Origin: Victivallales bacterium
GTDB taxonomy: Bacteria > Verrucomicrobiota > Lentisphaeria > Victivallales > UBA1829
Direction of reading: 5' to 3'
Length of the DNA: 64,000 bases
NCBI GenBank assembly: GCA_045592785.1
Contig: JAZNVL010000048.1
Coordinates: 2,317-66,316 of the forward strand
In this document: positions 1 through 9,861 of the stretch, in pieces
Position numbering within the stretch: the stretch's first letter is position 1
Layout of the letters: every line of letters starts with the position of its first letter
Position numbers and translations under genes: made by a program
Notes under the pieces: generated by a model
What the model was told of the DNA's origin: nothing
What the model saw: the letters and a program-made list of their open reading frames with translations, nothing else
Database searches by the model: none

Positions 1-1
1 C

Positions 2-646
2 GGACGTTTCGATAATGACGGCGTACAGACCGATGTGATCGTCAAATTCTTCCGTGAGGAGGAACATGAAAATGGAAGCGGTCGTATGCGGAAAATCCTG
101 GAAAGTGTACTCTACGCCGAAAGCGCAAAATACGATCCTGTGAAGAAAGGATGGCATTTCTACGATTGCACTTACGCCCGACAGTTCGATGAATTGGGGG
201 TGAATGACGGTGTTCCCGAGAAAGTGGAAGATAAATTTATGCCTTCCAGTGAAGTTCCGGAAACACCCGAACTGATCGAAAAGACTATCGTCCTTCCGGA
301 AGCATTGCCCACCAGCGAGATCTATCACATCCTCCGGGAAAATCAACGGATGTCACCTAACGTGCGCAATGTTTATGCCACGCTTTTCTGGTATCGTCTT
401 GCGTTCCCCTGGGTATGCTTCATGTGCAGTTTCCTTGCATTGCCTCTGGCTGCAAAAAACGAACGGAGCGGGATCTTTACCGCCATCGTGACAGCCCTGA
501 TCGTGGTCGTGATCTATCAGGTCATGACAGAGATCATGATGATCGCAGGGAAAAACAGTTATCTGCCACCCTTTATCGCAGGTACTTTCCCTACCATTGC
601 CTTCATGGTTTACGGCTGGTTCTTCCTTATCCGGAAGTCCGGTTGA
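2..646 (+). CDS. LptF/LptG-family (YjgP/YjgQ) LPS-export permease, C-terminal part; the 5' end lies outside the window
   Basis: The frame is open from nt 2, with no stop upstream of the tracked ORF at 35. A hydrophilic loop is followed by three hydrophobic helices (FWYRLAFPWVCFMCSFLALPLAA, IFTAIVTALIVVVIYQV, LPPFIAGTFPTIAFMVYGWFFL), as in LptF/G C-termini. Confidence 0.7.
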   Translation, partial: GRFDNDGVQTDVIVKFFREEEHENGSGRMRKILESVLYAESAKYDPVKKGWHFYDCTYARQFDELGVNDGVPEKVEDKFMPSSEVPETPELIEKTIVLPEALPTSEIYHILRENQRMSPNVRNVYATLFWYRLAFPWVCFMCSFLALPLAAKNERSGIFTAIVTALIVVVIYQVMTEIMMIAGKNSYLPPFIAGTFPTIAFMVYGWFFLIRKSG

Positions 647-649
647 TCC

Positions 650-1069
650 TTATTGCGCTTCCGCAACCTGCCGGATCTTTGATTTCCAGCTGTGCGCATC
701 CGGACGAACTGCAAAGGAGGTTGTCCCGTATGTCACACTATCCAGATGAATTGTCGCCGGATTGTCTGTACAGATGGCAAGGTCTCCTTTCCCGCTGCGG
801 AGCAGGGCAGGGATTTGGATCGCGGGGACGGTGCGCAGGTCTGCCATCAGTCCCAGTTTCTCTGCCAGGGTCATGACATCCCGCAATTCCTCTGCAGAAG
901 GGATCCGTTCCGACTCACAGAAACAGATAAACATTCCGGTTTGCTGTATTTCTTTCATGCGCTGACGGACAATAACGGATTCTGCGGGAGGAGTCGGTTC
1001 CGTCTGGAAAAATGTGCAGCCGCACAGAGCAGCGCACAGAAGGATTGCAACAGGGCAGATCCGGTTCAT
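650..1069 (-). CDS. Small lipoprotein, function unknown
   Basis: N-terminal signal with a lipobox-like LCGC (MNRICPVAILLCAALCGC). It has a 4-nt ATGA overlap with the upstream lipoprotein gene, which suggests translational coupling. Confidence 0.6.
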   Translation of the reverse strand: MNRICPVAILLCAALCGCTFFQTEPTPPAESVIVRQRMKEIQQTGMFICFCESERIPSAEELRDVMTLAEKLGLMADLRTVPAIQIPALLRSGKGDLAICTDNPATIHLDSVTYGTTSFAVRPDAHSWKSKIRQVAEAQ

Positions 1070-2511
1070 GATCCGGAACCCGGCATAAAGATGGTTTCTT
1101 TCTGGAATTTCTTTTCCCGTTTCGGGTGATACAGCAAATAGAAATTGCCTTTGCTGTCCAGAACCGCAAAAGTGCGGTTCGCTTCCAGGAAGAATACGAA
1201 TTGCGGGTCTCCACCACGGGTGACAGGTTGGATGCTGTCCGGGATGACACGGTCTTCCTGCTGGAGAGAAACGGGATTGAGCATTTCCAGTTCGCCATTG
1301 ACTTTCTTCGCGTGGATCAGCGTTTTGCCGTCCGGAGTGATACTGTTGAATCCACTGCTGTACCCTTGCAGATGGAAGACCTGATTCGCGCGCAAAACAA
1401 AAGATGGTGTATTGGAGTCAGGCTTTGCCGCACAAATGAAACTCTTGTTGTTGTCGATAAAGATGATTTGGGAGAGAGGATATCCTTTGGGGATATTCAC
1501 GGTGGATATGGGGCGCATATCCGAGATCTTGTAAAGGTTGATCCTGCCGTTCGTGCCGCCGACCGCAAGCAGTTTTCCGTTGGGGGAAAGAGCAAGCACC
1601 GGATCGACTTCATCCACGGCGATGATCTGCGGTTCATTCGTTTCATCGGGCAGTTGGAAACGGCGGAGTTCCGTCTTTGCCTTATCGCCCAGATAAATAC
1701 GCCCGCTACGGTCGGAAAGCATTTGCCCACAAAGGGATTCCGGCAATTTTCGGAACGAGACTTCCTTGCCTGACTTCAAATGGAATACCGCCAGCCCGGC
1801 AAATTGTTTGAGTTCATCCTGTTTTTTGCAAACTGCAGCCAGATTCATCGTGTTTCCGGCAAAACAGACTTTTATGATCTGCCGTTCCGTTTCAATGATC
1901 CGGATAACGGTCCAGCTGTGTGCGTTCATCAGAACGATCCGTGAGCCGAAGGGACCATCCTCTTTCCCGGTCGTTTCCACAAAGGCAAAGACACTCTGAT
2001 CGTTGGAGAGTGCCAGATCGGGAAGCCGGGTCCCATATACACTGCCGGAGATCCGCGTCGGGACCCATTGGAGCGAAGTTTTACCTTCTTTTCCGGAAAT
2101 TTTTGCAGCCAGAGAATCCGCAGGGAGCGGCGTACGCTTTTCCCAATTCTGACGCCGGGTTGTCGTCAAACCGCCGCCATGAAGTTCAGGCGCAGAACCG
2201 TCAGGATTTTTTTCCATGGTGCGGATCTGCCGGTTATCCACTTCGATCTGCGGTATTTCTTCCGGTTGCTCTTCGGAAAAGCCCGGTGTCTTCTGAATTT
2301 TCAGCGCACCGCCTTCCAATCCGGGAAGAATTACTTTTTTTCGTGGTGCATTGGCTTCCCCGGGATTCGTCTTCAAAATATTTTCGGACCGCTGTGAGTT
2401 GTTTTGCTGTTGCGGGGCAGGGGATTCCTTTTTCCCGCAGGCAGGCAGAAGAATGCAGAGAAGCACCAATGGTATAGTCTGTGACAACATTTTTTTGATT
2501 TTTCTCTGCAT
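1066..2511 (-). CDS. Lipoprotein with WD40/beta-propeller-like repeats, function unknown
   Basis: Signal peptide plus lipobox LLPAC-G. It has a Pro/Gln-rich linker and repeat-like strands such as LALSPNGKLLAVGGTNGRINLYKISD. It lies 17 nt downstream of trpS on the same strand. Confidence 0.65.
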   Translation of the reverse strand: MQRKIKKMLSQTIPLVLLCILLPACGKKESPAPQQQNNSQRSENILKTNPGEANAPRKKVILPGLEGGALKIQKTPGFSEEQPEEIPQIEVDNRQIRTMEKNPDGSAPELHGGGLTTTRRQNWEKRTPLPADSLAAKISGKEGKTSLQWVPTRISGSVYGTRLPDLALSNDQSVFAFVETTGKEDGPFGSRIVLMNAHSWTVIRIIETERQIIKVCFAGNTMNLAAVCKKQDELKQFAGLAVFHLKSGKEVSFRKLPESLCGQMLSDRSGRIYLGDKAKTELRRFQLPDETNEPQIIAVDEVDPVLALSPNGKLLAVGGTNGRINLYKISDMRPISTVNIPKGYPLSQIIFIDNNKSFICAAKPDSNTPSFVLRANQVFHLQGYSSGFNSITPDGKTLIHAKKVNGELEMLNPVSLQQEDRVIPDSIQPVTRGGDPQFVFFLEANRTFAVLDSKGNFYLLYHPKREKKFQKETIFMPGSGS

Positions 2512-2528
2512 ATTCCGGTCTCCTTTTG

Positions 2529-3497
2529 TCAGCGCAAGCCCACCGCTTTGCGGACCGCATTCAATGTTTCATAAGCCATCACGCGGGCGCGTTCCGCGCC
2601 TTTCTTCAGGACTTCATCAATATACCCGGGATCCGCCAGGATCTCTTCCCGACGTTTCCGCATGGGCGCGAAGAAGTCCATATACGCTTCAAACAAAGCC
2701 TGTTTTGCGTGACCGTAACCGTAATTCCCGGCCCGGTACCGCTCTGCCATTTCTTCCTGTTCCGCTTTGGAAGCAAAGAGCTTATACAGCTGGAACACGT
2801 TGCAGGTATCCGGATCCTTCGCCTCTTCCAAGCCTTTGGAGTCGGTGAGGATGGACATGAATTTCTTCCGTGCCGGTTTCGGTTCTTCGAACAGCGGGAT
2901 CGTGTTGTTGTAACTCTTGGACATCTTCTGTCCATCGGTGCCTGGAATCACCGCAACTGTTTCATTGATATACGGTTCGGGCAGAGGGAAGATCTCTTCA
3001 TACGTCTGATTGAACTTGATGGCGATATCACGGGTGATCTCCAAATGCTGTTTCTGGTCTTTGCCCACCGGGACTACGTTTGCGCGATAAAGAAGAATAT
3101 CCGCCGCCATGAGGACCGGATAACAGAACAGTCCGTTATTCGGTACGATCCCGTGCGCGACCTTATCTTTATAACTGTGCGCGCGTTCCAACAGTCCCAA
3201 TCCGGTGAGACAATTCAGTACCCAGGTCAGTTCGCAGACTTCCGGCACATCGGACTGACGGAAAAAGACAGCCTTTTCCGGGTCCAGACCGCATGCCAGA
3301 TAATCCAGTGCCACGCCACGGACACGCTGCCGGAGGTCATCCGGCTTCGGTGTTGTGGTCAGGGAGTGAAGGTCCGCAATAAAAATCACGGTTTCATCGG
3401 CTTTATCCTGAAGAGCCACAGAGGGCTGGATCGCGCCGAAGTAATTACCGATATGCAGAATACCGGAAGATTGAATACCTGTTAAAAGTCGTTTCAT
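2529..3497 (-). CDS. trpS: Tryptophan--tRNA ligase
   Basis: Class I aaRS motifs are present: HIGN (GILHIGNYFG) and KMSKS (GQKMSKSYNN). The length of 322 aa is typical for bacterial TrpRS. Confidence 0.95.
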   Translation of the reverse strand: MKRLLTGIQSSGILHIGNYFGAIQPSVALQDKADETVIFIADLHSLTTTPKPDDLRQRVRGVALDYLACGLDPEKAVFFRQSDVPEVCELTWVLNCLTGLGLLERAHSYKDKVAHGIVPNNGLFCYPVLMAADILLYRANVVPVGKDQKQHLEITRDIAIKFNQTYEEIFPLPEPYINETVAVIPGTDGQKMSKSYNNTIPLFEEPKPARKKFMSILTDSKGLEEAKDPDTCNVFQLYKLFASKAEQEEMAERYRAGNYGYGHAKQALFEAYMDFFAPMRKRREEILADPGYIDEVLKKGAERARVMAYETLNAVRKAVGLR

Positions 3498-3511
3498 TCT
3501 TGCATGACTCC

Positions 3512-5830
3512 TCAGAACATGGCACGCTGTCCCAGCAGGCTGCTGTTGCGTTTTTCCAATGCCTTGTATTCACGGGTTTCGCTCTGTTCTATATGTTTGT
3601 CCAACAGATTACGGGAACGGCGGATCTGTTCGTCCAGCTGATTGATGCGTTCTTCATAACTCTTGTTCGCATCATCTTTCCGGTAAATAAATTCGAATTC
3701 CTGATCATATTCTGCCAGGAATGCATCGTAGGCTGCATCGCCGGTGGATTCCCGTTTCGGCACAGCGGATTTTGTTTTCGCGACTTTCTTCTTTGCCACC
3801 GCAGTCGTTTTGGTCTTGTTTTTGGCTTTGCTCTTGCTTCCACTCCAATCCGGAACAAAGATCAGCAACGCAACGATGAGAACCATGGCAGCAGATGCAC
3901 CCCAGAGGATCATCATGATCTTCATCTTCTTGTTTTTCATCGCTTTCTGATATTCCGGATCGTTCAAGACCTCCGGCGGGACCTGGCCCGGTTTCAACGG
4001 AGCCTTCGGCTTGTCACCGGTCGCAGGTTTTTTCTTCGCACCGGGCGCGATCGGCTTCTTTATGCCGTCCTTCTTATCGTCCTTGTTGTCAGACTTCTTA
4101 TCATCGTCCTTCTTGGACTCTTCTTTCTTGTCGTCCTTATCTTCGGACTTCTTATCATCGTCTTTCTTGGACTCTTCTTTCTTGTCATCCTTATCTTCGG
4201 ACTTCTTATCATCGTCCTTCTTGGACTCATCGTTTTTGTCGTCCTTATCTTCGGACTTCTTATCATCGTCCTTCTTGGACTCATCTTTCTTGTCGTCCTT
4301 ATCCTCGGACTTCTTCTCTTCGGCCTTGGGCTCTTCCTTCTTGGGTTCTTCCTTCTTCTCGATGGGTTTTTCCAATGCGGCTTTCATTTCTGCGATTTCA
4401 CGACGCTGTTTTTCCAGCTCTTCTTCGTGCTTGCGGCGAGCCTGAAGACGTTCCAGTTCTTCCTTCTGACGTTTAAGTTCTTCCTGTTCCTTGCGGATGC
4501 GCTCTTCTTCCTTGCGCTTGATTTCTTCTTCCTGCATCGCCTTCCGCTGCTTTTCGATTTCTTCTTTCTGTTTACGGAGAGCGGCGAGTTCTTCTTCCTG
4601 TTTCTTTCTGTTTTCGAGAGCAGTGAGTTCCAGCTTCTGTTGTTCGAGCTGTTGTTTTTCGAAAGCGAGCTTTGCTTCGCTGGCTTCGCGTTCTGCTTTG
4701 ATCTTTTCGTCCGCGAGTTTCGCCTGTTCGTCTTTATTCTTCAGGAGTTCCTGCGTTTTCGCGCGGATTGCATCGATTTCGGCTTTGCATTTAGCGGCTT
4801 CTTCCGCCTGACGCTTCTGTTCGGATTCCAGATATTCCTTTTCCCGTTTGAGTTCAGCCATGGAATCTTTGAGTTTTTGCGTTTCTTCTTCGATTTTCAG
4901 ACGCGCCATTTCGACTTTCTGACGTTCTTCCGCCATACGGTTTTCTTCCGCGATGTAGTCGGCAGTCAGCTGGTTGATCATAGCCTGTTTTGCGGCAAGT
5001 TCCTGCTGTTGAGCGCGGGCGGCTTCCTGCTGTTGAGCGGCGGCCCGCTGTGCGGCTGCAAGCTGTTCTGCCGCCTGTTGCGCGGCCAGCTGTTGAGCGG
5101 CAGCCTGTTGCGCTGCAAGTTGAGCGGCGGCAGCCTGCTGTGCGGCGGCCTGTTGTGCTGCGAGTTGAGCGGCGGCAGCCTGTTGACCGGCGAGTTGTTC
5201 TGCCTGCTGACGAGCGAGTTCTTCCTGCTGCGCTGCAAGTTGAGCGGCGGCAGCCTGTTGAGCGGCGAGTTGTTCTGCCTGCTGACGTGCGAGTTCTTCC
5301 TGTTGAGCGGCAGCTTCTGCTTCTGCGGCAGCAGCGGCTTCAGCTTCTGCGGCGGCGGCTTCAGCTTCTGCGGCAGCAGCGGCAGCGGCATCTGCGACCT
5401 GGGTATCCCCGACGACCGCGGGCGCGGCGGAGGTTTTCTTTCCGAATGTCACTTTGGGTTTACCGGCACCGGGTTTGCCAATGGTGATCTTCTTTGCACC
5501 GCCGGCATTGGGGACAGAGAATTTTTTTGCACCGCCGCCTGCGGGGGCGATGATCTTCTTGCCGGGAGCGATGATTTTTTTACCACCGGCAGCGGGTGTG
5601 GCGGCGGGAGCGGGTGCGGGAGCCGGTTCGGGTTGAACGGCATTGATCTTTGTGGAGATAGAGGGTGTAAATTCGGAAAATCCCACGTTGACAGGTTTTG
5701 CGACTTTGACTTTTGCGCCGGCATTGACATGTGTCATTTTACCACCGCAGTTGGGACAATCGAATTCTTCCACATAGTCGTCAATTTCGCCAGTGACCCC
5801 GCACTGGTTGCATTTCATCATGTAAGCCAT
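3512..5830 (-). CDS. Zinc-ribbon / long coiled-coil / low-complexity single-pass membrane protein, function unknown
   Basis: Domain order from the N-terminus: a CxxC-N15-CxxC ribbon (KCNQCG...CPNCGG); a PAPAPA/AGGKK region; Ala/Gln repeats; about 250 aa of E/K/R/Q heptad-like coiled coil; 18-aa KKSEDKDDKKxESKKDDD repeats; one TM helix (IMMILWGASAAMVLIVALLIFV); and a C-terminal domain of about 110 aa. Confidence 0.75.
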   Translation of the reverse strand: MAYMMKCNQCGVTGEIDDYVEEFDCPNCGGKMTHVNAGAKVKVAKPVNVGFSEFTPSISTKINAVQPEPAPAPAPAATPAAGGKKIIAPGKKIIAPAGGGAKKFSVPNAGGAKKITIGKPGAGKPKVTFGKKTSAAPAVVGDTQVADAAAAAAAEAEAAAAEAEAAAAAEAEAAAQQEELARQQAEQLAAQQAAAAQLAAQQEELARQQAEQLAGQQAAAAQLAAQQAAAQQAAAAQLAAQQAAAQQLAAQQAAEQLAAAQRAAAQQQEAARAQQQELAAKQAMINQLTADYIAEENRMAEERQKVEMARLKIEEETQKLKDSMAELKREKEYLESEQKRQAEEAAKCKAEIDAIRAKTQELLKNKDEQAKLADEKIKAEREASEAKLAFEKQQLEQQKLELTALENRKKQEEELAALRKQKEEIEKQRKAMQEEEIKRKEEERIRKEQEELKRQKEELERLQARRKHEEELEKQRREIAEMKAALEKPIEKKEEPKKEEPKAEEKKSEDKDDKKDESKKDDDKKSEDKDDKNDESKKDDDKKSEDKDDKKEESKKDDDKKSEDKDDKKEESKKDDDKKSDNKDDKKDGIKKPIAPGAKKKPATGDKPKAPLKPGQVPPEVLNDPEYQKAMKNKKMKIMMILWGASAAMVLIVALLIFVPDWSGSKSKAKNKTKTTAVAKKKVAKTKSAVPKRESTGDAAYDAFLAEYDQEFEFIYRKDDANKSYEERINQLDEQIRRSRNLLDKHIEQSETREYKALEKRNSSLLGQRAMF
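4092..4320. repeat. 54-bp in-frame tandem repeat, about 4.2 copies, inside the coiled-coil gene
   Basis: The unit starting GACTTCTTATCATCGTC recurs at 4092, 4146, 4200, 4254 and 4308, an exact 54-nt period. It encodes the KKSEDKDDKKxESKKDDD repeats on the minus strand. Confidence 0.9.
5120..5314. repeat. Imperfect GC-rich coding repeats (45/75-bp spacing) encoding Ala/Gln-rich repeats
   Basis: TTGAGCGGCGGCAGCCTG recurs at 5120, 5165 and 5240. The 75-bp unit 5165-5239 is nearly identical to 5240-5314 and encodes QQEELARQQAEQLAxQQAAAAQLAA twice. Confidence 0.8.
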
Positions 5831-5849
5831 TGGTCTTTCTTTCCTTTCT

Positions 5850-8800
5850 TTACTGTTTTACTGCGATAGCGATACGGCAGGCGTGTCCATTGACATCGGT
5901 TTCCGGCGCTTCGGTGTTTTCTGTTTTGATTTCATCGGTGAGTGTTTCGTTGCAGATATAGTCGTTGAATGCTGTGACAGCACTTGCGACTTCGTCATCT
6001 GCCTGAATGGAAACGATGATGTGGTCCGCCACATCCATATTGTTTTCTTTGCGCATGTTCTGGATCTTGCTGACGATTTCGCGTGCAAGACCTTCCTGAA
6101 TGAGAGCTTCATCCAGCGCGGTATCGAGAGCCACGGTGACGCCGTCTCCGGCGGCAACGCAGATCCCCGGTTTTTCATCACGGACCACCACGATGTCTTC
6201 TGCTGTGAGATCGACAGCGGTTTCCTCATCCACAGTGAGGTGATATGCCTGTCCGCCGAGGATATCCGCGATATCGGCGGAGGAGAGCTTGGTGATGAGT
6301 GCGGCGGCAGCTTTCATCTTGGGACCGAGACGTCCGCCCAGTTTCTTGAAGTTTGCTTTTGCGGAGAGATGCACCAGTTCTTCTTCCCGGGCGAGGATCT
6401 CCACTTTCCGCACGTTGAGTTCTTCCGCGATCAGCGATTCGGATTTCGCCAGAAGTTCCCGGACTTCCGGATCGATGGAGACCACGATGGCGCGGGCGAG
6501 AGGCTGACGGACTTTCAGCGATCTCTGGGTGCGCAGGAAACGTCCCAGGGAGACGGCCTGACGTGCCAGTTCCATCTGACGTTCCAGGGAGGGATCTCTG
6601 GTGATGGTTCCGGTCGCGGGGAAGTCGCAGAGGTGAACGGATTCCGCCATGCCTTCGTTACGGAGAGAACGATAGATCTCTTCGGTGAGGTACGGGATAA
6701 ACGGGGCGGCCGTTTTTGCGAATGTGATCAGGACATAATAAAGTGTGGCATACGCTTCGGCTTTATCGGTATCGTTTTCACTCTTCCAGAAACGGCGGCG
6801 GCTGAGGCGGATGTACCAGTTGGTCAGGTCTTCCACGAATGCTTCGAACCGTTTTGCGGCGCGCTGGAGGTGATATTCATCCATTGCGGTCCGGACTTCT
6901 GCGATCATATCTTCCATGGAGGAAAGGATCCAGCGGTCGAGCGCATTGGAACAGTTTGCCGGGGGCTGGGGTTCGCCGTTTGCGGGCTTCCAGTCATCCA
7001 GATTGGCGTACGTCATGAAGAAGTTGAAGCTGTTCCAGATGGGGAGCATGACGGAACGCATCACTTCTTTGATCCCGTCTTCGGAGAATTTCAAGTCTTC
7101 GGCACGGACCACCTGGGATTCCAACAGGAAGAGACGAAGCGCGTCTGCGCCGTACTGGTGTACGATATCCATGGGGTCGGGATAGTTTTTCAGGCGTTTG
7201 GACATTTTCTGTCCGTTTTCCGCGAGGATGAGGCCGTTGACCACCACGTTGCGTGCCGGGGGCTTATCGAAGAGAGCCGCGGCAAGGACCACGAGGGTGT
7301 AGAACCAGCCGCGTGTCTGGTCAAGACCTTCTGCGATGAAGTCGGCGGGGAACACGCTTTCGAAGTGATCTTTGTCTTCGAAGGGGTAGTGTTTCTGTGC
7401 GTAGGGCATGGATCCGGATTCGAACCAGCAGTCCAGGACTTCGGGTACACGTTTGAGGATGGCGCCGGATTTGGATTTGATTTCCAGCTTATCCATGAAG
7501 TGTTTGTGAATATCGGTGATCTTTTCGCCGGTGAGTTCTTCCAGTTCGGCGACGGATCCGATACAGATGGCTTCGCCGGTTTCTTCATTGCGCCAGATGG
7601 GGAGCGGGCAACCCCAGTAACGGTTGCGGCTGACAGCCCAGTCTCTGGCGTTTTCCAGCCATTTGCCGAAACGTCCGTCCTTGATGTGAGAGGGGACCCA
7701 TGACATCTGAGCGTTGGCGCGGAGCATTTTTTCTTTGATGGGATCGATCTTGACGAACCATGTGGAAACGGCTTTATAGATGAGGGGTGAATCATCGCGC
7801 CAGCAGTGCGGATAATTGTGTTTGACGGTACCGCGATGGACCAGTTTGCCTTCTTCTTTCAACCGCTGCATGATGTCTTTATCCGCATCCTTGACGAACC
7901 GTCCGGCGTATTCCGGGATTTCGTTGGTGAACTTACATTCCGCATCGATGGGGCAGACCGCGGGGATGCCGTTTGCTTTTCCGGCGGCGGCGTCTTCTTC
8001 CCCGAATCCGGGAGCGATATGAACAACGCCGGTCCCGTCTTCAATGCTGACGTAATCGGCATTGATCACGCGGAAAGCGCCTTCCTGCGCAAGATTTTCG
8101 AAGTAGGGGAACAGGGGTTCGTAATGAAGTCCGGCGAGTTGAGAACCTTTGAACCGATCCACGATCCCGGGGAGTTCTTTGCCGTAATATGCGCTCAAAC
8201 GGGCTTCTGCCATGATGTAGAAGACGCCGTTATCGGCGACCTTGACGTAGTCGATATCGGGTCCGGCGGCGAGCGCTGTGTTGGAGGGCAGGGTCCAGGG
8301 GGTGGTGGTCCACGCCAGAACGTAAGTATTTTCCTGCTCTTTGAGTTTGAACCGGATGGTGATGGCGGGATCGGTGACTTCGGCATAGCCCTGATTGGCT
8401 TCGAAGTTGGAAAGCGGGGTACAGCATCTGGAGCAGTAGGGGAGGATCTTGTAACCTTCGTAAACGAGTCCCATATCCCAGAGACGTTTGAAGATGTGCC
8501 AGATGGATTCCATGTAATTGAGGTCCATGGTCCGGTACCCGTTTTTGAAATCGACCCAGCGCCCCATACGGCGCACGATGCGTTCCCATTCATTGGTGTA
8601 CCGCAGAACGATACCGCGACATGCTTCGTTGAACTTATCCACGCCGTAGTCTTCGATTTCGCGTTTCCCGGAAAGTTTCAGGATCTTTTCCATTTCGTAT
8701 TCCACAGGGAGACCGTGACAGTCCCAGCCGAAGGTACGTTCGCAATACTTTCCGCGCATGGTCTGATACCGGGGAATCACGTCTTTGATGGTACCTGCCA

Positions 8801-8978
8801 GCAGGTGACCGTAATGGGGGAGTCCGGTGGCAAAGGGAGGACCGTCATAGAAAATGAATTCAGGACATCCCTTTCTTGCTGCCACAGATTTGTTGAAGAG
8901 GTCGTTTTCTTCCCAGAAGCGGAGAGTCGCTTCTTCCATTTTCGGGAATTCGGATTGTTGTGATACTGCTTTGAACAT
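5850..8978 (-). CDS. ileS: Isoleucine--tRNA ligase (long, type-2-like form)
   Basis: HIGH-type motif PHYGHLLAG and KMSKS-type motif QKMSKRLKNYPDP. The protein is 1042 aa with an editing-domain-sized insertion. Confidence 0.96.
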   Translation of the reverse strand: MFKAVSQQSEFPKMEEATLRFWEENDLFNKSVAARKGCPEFIFYDGPPFATGLPHYGHLLAGTIKDVIPRYQTMRGKYCERTFGWDCHGLPVEYEMEKILKLSGKREIEDYGVDKFNEACRGIVLRYTNEWERIVRRMGRWVDFKNGYRTMDLNYMESIWHIFKRLWDMGLVYEGYKILPYCSRCCTPLSNFEANQGYAEVTDPAITIRFKLKEQENTYVLAWTTTPWTLPSNTALAAGPDIDYVKVADNGVFYIMAEARLSAYYGKELPGIVDRFKGSQLAGLHYEPLFPYFENLAQEGAFRVINADYVSIEDGTGVVHIAPGFGEEDAAAGKANGIPAVCPIDAECKFTNEIPEYAGRFVKDADKDIMQRLKEEGKLVHRGTVKHNYPHCWRDDSPLIYKAVSTWFVKIDPIKEKMLRANAQMSWVPSHIKDGRFGKWLENARDWAVSRNRYWGCPLPIWRNEETGEAICIGSVAELEELTGEKITDIHKHFMDKLEIKSKSGAILKRVPEVLDCWFESGSMPYAQKHYPFEDKDHFESVFPADFIAEGLDQTRGWFYTLVVLAAALFDKPPARNVVVNGLILAENGQKMSKRLKNYPDPMDIVHQYGADALRLFLLESQVVRAEDLKFSEDGIKEVMRSVMLPIWNSFNFFMTYANLDDWKPANGEPQPPANCSNALDRWILSSMEDMIAEVRTAMDEYHLQRAAKRFEAFVEDLTNWYIRLSRRRFWKSENDTDKAEAYATLYYVLITFAKTAAPFIPYLTEEIYRSLRNEGMAESVHLCDFPATGTITRDPSLERQMELARQAVSLGRFLRTQRSLKVRQPLARAIVVSIDPEVRELLAKSESLIAEELNVRKVEILAREEELVHLSAKANFKKLGGRLGPKMKAAAALITKLSSADIADILGGQAYHLTVDEETAVDLTAEDIVVVRDEKPGICVAAGDGVTVALDTALDEALIQEGLAREIVSKIQNMRKENNMDVADHIIVSIQADDEVASAVTAFNDYICNETLTDEIKTENTEAPETDVNGHACRIAIAVKQ

Positions 8979-9017
8979 AATGCTTGCCTGTTCCTGTTGT
9001 ATGTAATTGGTTCGTTA

Positions 9018-9641
9018 TTATGCTTCCACGATTTCCATGCCGGTGATCCGCGCATAGGGGAACCGGAGGACGGGTCCGGCGGCTCCGTTTTCATCTGCCA
9101 GTTGAAGTATGACGACCTGATCCATGATGGACTGAATGGAGATGACATAGAATTGCTGTCCGTCATCCAGTGTGCAGAGGAAGGGACCTGCGGGTGTTCC
9201 ATCGGCATTGAATGCGATCCGTTCCATGCGGCTTTTCGACCAGAGCGTGGGATCTGCATCTTCCATCTGTCTCTGTTCTTCTTTTGCGGCGATCTCTGCC
9301 TGCTTTTGTGCCTGGATCTCAGCTTCCTTGCGGAGTTTTGCCGCATCTTTGTTGCGTTTCATATCAACCTGACTTCCTTCGACCGGTTTGAGGATCGCCA
9401 GCAGAAGCGCCGGATAGATAAAGGGGAGGATAAGCCCGATCCAGAGATGTTTATGCGGTCTGTATCCGCGCAGTTCTGCGATATCCGCAGCCCAGACACC
9501 GGAAAACATCCAGAGCAGAATCACGAAAAAGAGTCCGATCAGCAATCCGACCGGCAGATCCAGGGGCAGTGAAACGAGTGCGGAAACCCAATCACTCACA
9601 CATAAAAAGAGGTTTTTCAACCCGCCAAACAGTACATCCAT
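9018..9641 (-). CDS. Membrane protein with a coiled-coil linker and a soluble C-terminal domain, function unknown
   Basis: Three predicted TM helices in the first ~95 aa, then a K/E/Q-rich stretch, then a ~80-aa C-terminal domain. A GGAG sits 10 nt upstream of the ATG. It is the first gene of the ileS-trpS co-directional string. Confidence 0.6.
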   Translation of the reverse strand: MDVLFGGLKNLFLCVSDWVSALVSLPLDLPVGLLIGLFFVILLWMFSGVWAADIAELRGYRPHKHLWIGLILPFIYPALLLAILKPVEGSQVDMKRNKDAAKLRKEAEIQAQKQAEIAAKEEQRQMEDADPTLWSKSRMERIAFNADGTPAGPFLCTLDDGQQFYVISIQSIMDQVVILQLADENGAAGPVLRFPYARITGMEIVEA

Positions 9642-9861
9642 GTCTACATTCTCCGTTTAAAATAATATAATTAATAGAATATAGCACAGTTTCCCGAATT
9701 TACGAACTTTTTTTGAAAAAATTTTCACTTTTTAAACAGAAAATGTCTGATTATCCCAAGATTTCCACCATTTGTCCGCAAAATGAAAAAAAACAGCAAA
9801 AAACGCACCGCCGGGAAAAACGTCCCGACAGTGTCGTTCCGGTGTTCCGAAAGGGCTCCGG

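Noticed and set aside
4092-4320. Regularly spaced 54-bp repeats, considered as a possible CRISPR array.
   Set aside because: The repeats are contiguous with no unique spacers. They are in frame inside a long ORF and encode an 18-aa peptide repeat. No cas genes are present in the window.
3500-5869. A 789-aa plus-strand ORF opposite the coiled-coil gene.
   Set aside because: It is the mirror image of a low-complexity repeat gene. Its translation is an F/L/G/C-rich nonsense repeat with no domain-like features. The minus-strand frame has an SD-proximal start, a Zn ribbon, a TM helix and operon context.
9642-9861. A 220-bp AT-rich intergenic region with the tracked ORFs 9713-9973 and 9732-9944, considered as a possible small gene or sRNA.
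   Set aside because: Both ORFs overlap the GH89-like gene's 3' end and have no SD. The region is adequately explained by the GH89 3' end with a weak hairpin plus T-runs, and by the promoter and leader of the 9641 membrane-protein gene.
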